Shown: piece after piece, positions 58,870-64,000 of the stretch
Numbering within the stretch: the stretch's first letter is position 1
How the letters are laid out: every line of letters begins with the position of its first letter
Origin: a virus
IMG/VR virus record: IMGVR_UViG_3300020477_000001
Coordinates: 94,302-158,301 of that record
Direction: 5' to 3' (one strand)
DNA length: 64,000 bases
Position numbers and translations under genes: made by a program
Notes under the pieces: model-generated
The model's input: only the letters and a program-made list of their open reading frames with translations
What the model was told of the DNA's origin: nothing
Database searches by the model: none

Positions 58870-60427
58870 CCAACCCAAGTTTACAACTTCTTTTAGTTCT
58901 GAGCTAAAACCTTTAGTTTCAGAGGAAAAAGATAAATTTCTCTCCTACGCTTCTTTACAGGAGATAGGGGACTTTATTCCAAAGGTAGATTCCGACAGAG
59001 ATATCGACCTGCTTCCGGTTGCATTTAACGCTTGTGTGATTAACAGGGCCAATAAAAACGGTGATGTAATTGATTCGGTTTCTGCAACTGATATATACAA
59101 AAATTTCATCAACAAGCCAATCAATATCGAACATAATCGAGAAAATGTTATTGGTGTTATACTAACGGCGGGCTTTAGTGAGTTTGGTACTGATAAACCA
59201 CTAACCGAAGAGCAAGCCTCCGAATTGAATGCTCCTTATAATATCACATTGGGTGGTGTTTTATGGAAGATCGTAAACGGTAACATCACTAGCTTAGTGG
59301 AGGAAGCTAGCGACCCTACCAGTGAATTTTACAAAAAAATTTCAGCTAGCTGGGAGCTAGGCTTTAGTGAATATGAGATTGCTGTCCTTAAGGACGACAA
59401 TAAAGACATAGCTGAAGCAGAATATATTTCAGATGTAGAGCAAATAGACGAGATGAAAGCCTTTCTTAAAGGCTTTGGAGGAAAAGGAAAGCTAGAAAAC
59501 GGTAAATCTGTTTACAGAAAGATTGTAGGCAGTATAGTTCCGTTAGGAATTGGCTTAACTGAGAATCCCGCCGCTGAAGTCGAAGGAGTTCTTACTGAAA
59601 AATACAAGGTAAAAGTAGAAGATTCCAAAGAAAATCTAAAAGTAGAAAGCTCTGAGGATGAACAGCAAAAGGAACAAGAAGAAGAAACTAACTTAAATAA
59701 CTCTGAAATCACAGAAAATATTTCACAATTTAGAGAAAATGATGTAATTGAAGATAAGGATTGTCTTATGGAAATCAAAACTATTAGCGATATCACAGAG
59801 GAAAATCTGAAGCAAATTACGGCTTCGGCTGTTTCTGATTATATCGAGACTGAACTCAAGAAGGCTTCTGAGCAGTTTAACGCTGAGAAGAAAGAGATTT
59901 CTCAGAAACTCGATGAGTCTAAACAGCAGAACGTCACTCTTGCTGAAGACATTAAAACACTGAAGAGCGACTTCGATTCTGTCCAGTCTGAGCTTGAAAC
60001 TCTTAAGGCCGAAAAGTCTGAGAGAGAAGCGACTGATAGATTCAATGAACGTATGTCTCTTCTAGACGAAAATTATGAGCTTTCCGCTGAGGAAAGAGAA
60101 GTTATTGCTTCTGACATCAAAAACCTCGACGATGAGGCTTTTGAAGCTCATATGAACAAAATTTCTGTCCTTCTTTCTCATAAGGATCGTAAAGCCATCG
60201 CTGAGGCTAAGGAAGCTGAAGAAGCTGCCGCCGCTGAAGAGAAGGTTACTGAAGAAGCGGTTGCTTCTGAAGACGATTCCGAAGCTGAAGAAGTGGTAGA
60301 AGAGGCTATCGATCAAGCAGAAGTTGAAGGTGAACAAATTCCTGTTTCTACCGCCGCTGAAGAGGAAACTCTTGGTGATAGATACAAGAAAGCTTTTAGC
60401 ATCGACAATTTCGATATCAAACTTTAA
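58853..60427 (+). CDS. prohead protease/scaffold fusion
   Basis: NKNGD, KPINIEH, SASWE protease-like N-half; acidic coiled-coil C-half; upstream of capsid genes. Confidence 0.65.
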   Translation: MKSNFNQPKFTTSFSSELKPLVSEEKDKFLSYASLQEIGDFIPKVDSDRDIDLLPVAFNACVINRANKNGDVIDSVSATDIYKNFINKPINIEHNRENVIGVILTAGFSEFGTDKPLTEEQASELNAPYNITLGGVLWKIVNGNITSLVEEASDPTSEFYKKISASWELGFSEYEIAVLKDDNKDIAEAEYISDVEQIDEMKAFLKGFGGKGKLENGKSVYRKIVGSIVPLGIGLTENPAAEVEGVLTEKYKVKVEDSKENLKVESSEDEQQKEQEEETNLNNSEITENISQFRENDVIEDKDCLMEIKTISDITEENLKQITASAVSDYIETELKKASEQFNAEKKEISQKLDESKQQNVTLAEDIKTLKSDFDSVQSELETLKAEKSEREATDRFNERMSLLDENYELSAEEREVIASDIKNLDDEAFEAHMNKISVLLSHKDRKAIAEAKEAEEAAAAEEKVTEEAVASEDDSEAEEVVEEAIDQAEVEGEQIPVSTAAEEETLGDRYKKAFSIDNFDIKL

Positions 60428-60457
60428 AACAACTATTTATTGGAGTAATAAAATATT

Positions 60458-61021
60458 ATGGCAACTAAATTAGGTCAATTCAGAGATTACGACGAGCATG
60501 ATGTAATCAATCTGTTTACCCTCAATGAGGATGCAATCGGTACTGACGGCGGAGTAACCAATGGTCACTTCGTTAAGATTTCAACCGCTAGTGGTTGGAT
60601 GAACACCGATGAGCTACAGATGATTGGTGCTGCTGGTCAAGATTATAACAACACCGAGTCTCAACGCTACGGAGTTAATGCTAAGGTGGTTCTGGCTGAC
60701 GCCAACGACCCCGTCTTAGGCATGATGCTCTATGATTGCAAAGAGACCGATGAAAACGGAGAGAAACTTCTCTACAATCCTCGCAAAGCTGCTGAGATGG
60801 GTGTTACCATCAGTGGTCAGTCTTGCCCGATTGTAACTAAGGGAATCTTCTCTTATAGCGGTTCAGTTCTCGCTACTGATCAAGTAGCTGGTACTGGTCA
60901 AGCATTGTATGTAGACGCCAATGGCGAACTTACTACTACCGATGGTGGTGGAACTAAAGTTGGTCAATGTCTTGGCTCTAAGGACACCAATGGTCATTTC
61001 TTGATCCGTATCGATCTGTAA
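60458..61021 (+). CDS. capsid decoration/cement-like protein
   Basis: Between scaffold and MCP; beta-rich, G..LYV..NG.L, KVGQCL. Confidence 0.5.
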   Translation: MATKLGQFRDYDEHDVINLFTLNEDAIGTDGGVTNGHFVKISTASGWMNTDELQMIGAAGQDYNNTESQRYGVNAKVVLADANDPVLGMMLYDCKETDENGEKLLYNPRKAAEMGVTISGQSCPIVTKGIFSYSGSVLATDQVAGTGQALYVDANGELTTTDGGGTKVGQCLGSKDTNGHFLIRIDL

Positions 61022-61050
61022 TTTAAACACTCAACGGAGAATAATTAAAG

Positions 61051-62157
61051 ATGAAATTAAAACTCAAAAACACTCCAGAACAAGTTGAGCTTATTAAGGC
61101 TATGGGTTCTAAGAACCAAACCGAAGCTCGTGAAGCCAATGAGGCTTTTGCGGCTTTTGTTGGCCCTGTAATTCAAGAAGTTCTGAATCACGCAGGTACT
61201 GCGAGTGCTGTTTACACCGACGCTCCTTACGACGAAGACGATAGCCCAAGCTTTCCTCTTGATTTGTACTACAATGCTAGCGATAACCACGTTAGCGTTT
61301 GGTCTCAAAACATGGCTGGCGGTCTTCCTTCCAGTCACGTAGAGGGCATGAACGAGCTCAAAATCGCTACCTATCGTTTGGATAGCGCGGTTAGCTTCCT
61401 TAAGAAGTATGCTCGTCGTGGTCGTTTAGACATCGTTAGCAAGGCTGTTGAAAGAATGGCTCAAGAGGTTCTTGTTAAGCAAGAGCGTAACGCTTGGGCA
61501 GTTATCCTCAAGGCTCTCGCTGAGGCGAGCACTGATAGCGCAGACCATTTGGTTGCCGCTGGCACTGCTGGTCAATTTGGCGTAGATGACTTGAGCACTC
61601 TGATGACTCGCATCAAGAGAATCAATCAGTCCTTCGCTGGTGGTACTCCCGAAAATGCTTACAGCAACGGAATCACTGACCTTTACGTCAGCCCCGAAGT
61701 TAAAGCTGAAATTCGTGGATTCGCTTATCAGCCGATGAACACTAGAGGCGTACCGGATACTGCTGAATCCACTGCGGTTCCTTTGCCCGATGCGGTTCGC
61801 GAAGAAATCTATCGCAATGCTGGTACTCAAGAAATCTTCGGTGTTAACATCGTAGAGATGAACGAGTTCGGTAAGAGCCAGAAGTACAACACCCTGTTCG
61901 ACGAGTTCGACAGCGGTAATATCTCCCCAGATGGTGGCGCATTCGCTACTGCTGGTGAAGAGGTTGCTGTCGGTATCGACAACAGCAGAGGCGCTTTCAT
62001 TCGTCCGGTTGCTCAGCAATCTGATAGTGGCAGCACCTTCGTTGCTCTTGCTGATGATCAATACACTTCCAGACAAGAGAAAATGGGCTTCTATGGCTCT
62101 CTCGAAGAAGGTCGTGTCTGCATCGACGCTCGCGCCGTATGCGGTATCATCATCTAA
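61051..62157 (+). CDS. major capsid protein
   Basis: 368 aa; position; highly biased codon usage; HK97-like layout; strong terminator follows. Confidence 0.7.
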   Translation: MKLKLKNTPEQVELIKAMGSKNQTEAREANEAFAAFVGPVIQEVLNHAGTASAVYTDAPYDEDDSPSFPLDLYYNASDNHVSVWSQNMAGGLPSSHVEGMNELKIATYRLDSAVSFLKKYARRGRLDIVSKAVERMAQEVLVKQERNAWAVILKALAEASTDSADHLVAAGTAGQFGVDDLSTLMTRIKRINQSFAGGTPENAYSNGITDLYVSPEVKAEIRGFAYQPMNTRGVPDTAESTAVPLPDAVREEIYRNAGTQEIFGVNIVEMNEFGKSQKYNTLFDEFDSGNISPDGGAFATAGEEVAVGIDNSRGAFIRPVAQQSDSGSTFVALADDQYTSRQEKMGFYGSLEEGRVCIDARAVCGIII

Positions 62158-62177
62158 CAAGTTAATAAACTTAACCA

Positions 62178-62203
62178 AAGCCCCACTTCGGTGGGGCTTT
62201 TTT
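62178..62203 (+). terminator. Rho-independent terminator
   Basis: AAGCCCCAC-TTCG-GTGGGGCTT followed by a T-run. Confidence 0.9.
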
Positions 62204-62248
62204 ATTGCATTTTTTAAATTTGAGTGTAATCTTTATTAAAGGAATTTT

Positions 62249-62644
62249 ATGCCAAGAAAAAAAAGTACATCTAAAGCCTCAGCTAAGAAGCCTAAACTAG
62301 AAAATTTAGCTCAAGCTGATGGTAGAGACGATAGCAAACAAGAAACAGTGATCGCAAGCAAGGCTAGAACTCTGAGCCAAGTTTGGGGTGATGATGGATT
62401 GTGGAAATACAGTACAATGAATGCCGATGAGTATAACGTTCAATTGGATGAAATGAATAAATCCGATTTACAAGCTCATGCTCAGTCCGTAGGTTTGATT
62501 CCGATTGATGATGTTGTTTTGCTTAGAAAAAGACTCAAAAACGAGTTTAAGAGTCATGTCGCTAAATACAAAAACATCGACCAACCTAAACAAACTACCA
62601 GTATTTCAAAGGAAGCAATGAATATACTTAAAGAAGGTAGATAA
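62249..62644 (+). CDS. hypothetical protein
   Basis: ORF track. Confidence 0.55.
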   Translation: MPRKKSTSKASAKKPKLENLAQADGRDDSKQETVIASKARTLSQVWGDDGLWKYSTMNADEYNVQLDEMNKSDLQAHAQSVGLIPIDDVVLLRKRLKNEFKSHVAKYKNIDQPKQTTSISKEAMNILKEGR

Positions 62645-62702
62645 AAGAAAAATATTATTTTTTTTGTGCTCCTTTTGTGTAATAACAGGGGGAGCTTTTT
62701 TT

Positions 62703-63041
62703 ATGGCTACTAATTATAATTTAAATATAACTCAAGGATCAGACTTCAATATCCGCTTGGCCGCTAAAGACGAAAACGGCACTCCTATAGATTTGACTAA
62801 TTATTCAGTGAGCGGTCAAGCGAAACGAAGATACTCTGACGCTACGCCTTTGTTGAATTTGTCTCCAAGTAAGGTAGACGGATATCTTGCGAGCGGATAC
62901 ATAGACATTAACATACCTGCGGAAACAGGCAAAGCTCTGCCCGTAGTTCAAGGTGTGTACGATGTGGAGATATACTCTGGAACATATCACCAGAAAGTGG
63001 TACAAGGCCGAATCAACGTATACCCAGAAGTAACGAGCTAA
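62703..63041 (+). CDS. BppU-like Ig-fold virion adaptor protein
   Basis: NL.I.QGSDF, PIDLT.Y, YDVEI, G.I.V.PEVT. Confidence 0.55.
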   Translation: MATNYNLNITQGSDFNIRLAAKDENGTPIDLTNYSVSGQAKRRYSDATPLLNLSPSKVDGYLASGYIDINIPAETGKALPVVQGVYDVEIYSGTYHQKVVQGRINVYPEVTS

Positions 63042-63044
63042 AAT

Positions 63045-64000
63045 ATGGCAACTGTAGACGTAATAGTTACAGGCAGTTCCCCTACTGCCGACGTAATAGT
63101 GAAAGGTCAGACAGTCTCTGCCTCCGCAGAGATTAAGGGTAGTCAAGGGCCAACTGGCCCAGTTGGTCCTACTGGCCCTGCTGGCGGCGCTGGGCCTTCT
63201 GGCCCTACTGGTCCTACAGGGGCGACAGGCTTAGATAATTTCGTAAAAGAATTTACCGTAACTGTAGCTAATCCGGGTTCTGGGAATAAGTATTATATTG
63301 ATTCGTCTCTTACTCCTACTCTAACTTTATATAGGGGGTTTTCTTACAAGTTTGTATTATCTAACTCCTCCAACGCAGAGCATGACTTAAAGTTTTCAAC
63401 TACATCAGATGGCTCACATAATTCTGGGACGGCTTATACGGATGGGGTAACTAGTTATGGCACTGATGGGAGTTCTGGGGCTTACGTAAGGTTCAAAGTT
63501 GGACATTCGGCCCCTTCTACTCTTTATTACTTTTGTAACAATCACTCTGGAATGGGTGGAACTATTAGTGTTATAGATTTAGCTAATGGACCTACCGGAC
63601 CCACTGGAGGCACTGGTCCAACCGGACCTACCGGACCCACTGGAAGTACTGGACCTACTGGTCCTGCTAGTACCGTAGCTGGACCTGCTGGACCCACTGG
63701 ACCCACTGGCGGAACTGGACCCACTGGTTCTGCTGGTCCTGCTGGTCCCACTGGACCTACTGGAGGCACTGGCCCAACCGGACCTGCTGGAAGCACTGGG
63801 CCTACTGGTCCTGCTAGCACCGTAGCTGGACCTACTGGACCTGCTGGACCCACTGGTCCCACTGGAGGCACTGGCCCAACCGGACCCGCTGGACCTACTG
63901 GTCCCACTGGAGGCACTGGCCCAACCGGACCCGCTGGAAGCACTGGTCCAACCGGACCTGCTGGACCTACTGGACCTACTGGAGGAACTGGACCCGCTGG
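63045..64000 (+). CDS. collagen-like fibre protein (runs off the window end)
   Basis: ATG at 63045; Gly-X-Y (GPT/GPA) repeats at about 63139-63231 and from 63588 to the end, flanking a globular domain ending [13 protein letters not shown]. Confidence 0.85.
   Translation, partial: MATVDVIVTGSSPTADVIVKGQTVSASAEIKGSQGPTGPVGPTGPAGGAGPSGPTGPTGATGLDNFVKEFTVTVANPGSGNKYYIDSSLTPTLTLYRGFSYKFVLSNSSNAEHDLKFSTTSDGSHNSGTAYTDGVTSYGTDGSSGAYVRFKVGHSAPSTLYYFCNNHSGMGGTISVIDLANGPTGPTGGTGPTGPTGPTGSTGPTGPASTVAGPAGPTGPTGGTGPTGSAGPAGPTGPTGGTGPTGPAGSTGPTGPASTVAGPTGPAGPTGPTGGTGPTGPAGPTGPTGGTGPTGPAGSTGPTGPAGPTGPTGGTGPA

Noticed and set aside
61426-62178. 250-aa minus-strand ORF opposite the capsid gene, and similar antisense ORFs (e.g. 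33514-34161, 17447-17851)
   Set aside because: These are shadow ORFs caused by biased codon usage of the real gene; they have no motifs or expression signals.
63542-63943. Minus-strand GPV/PAG repeat ORF
   Set aside because: It is the antisense shadow of the + strand collagen-like gene starting at 63045.

Overview
A 64-kb segment of a large tailed dsDNA phage genome. The host is probably Verrucomicrobia-like, inferred only from the resemblance of the bS21 and ferredoxin proteins. Layout: (1) 1-30.4 kb, + strand accessory/metabolic genes, including two sigma factors, bS21, a DNA methyltransferase, a SleB-type hydrolase, a TnpB/Cas12f-like protein, UvsE, HDAC and RuvB; (2) 30.4-43 kb, an early-type region of small, mostly leaderless genes punctuated by a repeated 64-bp palindrome and a cluster of structured ncRNAs; (3) 43-64 kb, PhoH, a third sigma factor, terminase, portal, a tubulin/FtsZ protein, lysis genes, protease/scaffold, capsid and a collagen-like fibre. 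The main candidate novel system is a split RNA-guided module. It comprises a solitary TnpB/Cas12f-like gene (13829-15337, RuvC-III Asp replaced by Asn) and a promoter-driven structured RNA just upstream carrying AGUUCCU. That sequence is complementary to a 13-nt core, GGAACT-NNNN-CAC, found about 45 times (manual count), always on the + strand. The core occurs as the 3' end of a 36-bp-repeat CRISPR array (25.9-26.5 kb), as the 3' end of a second ~43-bp repeat family, as bare mini-arrays with 7-35 nt (mostly 11-25 nt) spacers, and as units placed right at gene stop codons. The commonest variants of the core are those tolerated by G.U wobble with the upstream RNA. All family assignments come from motif recognition by eye; no searches were run.
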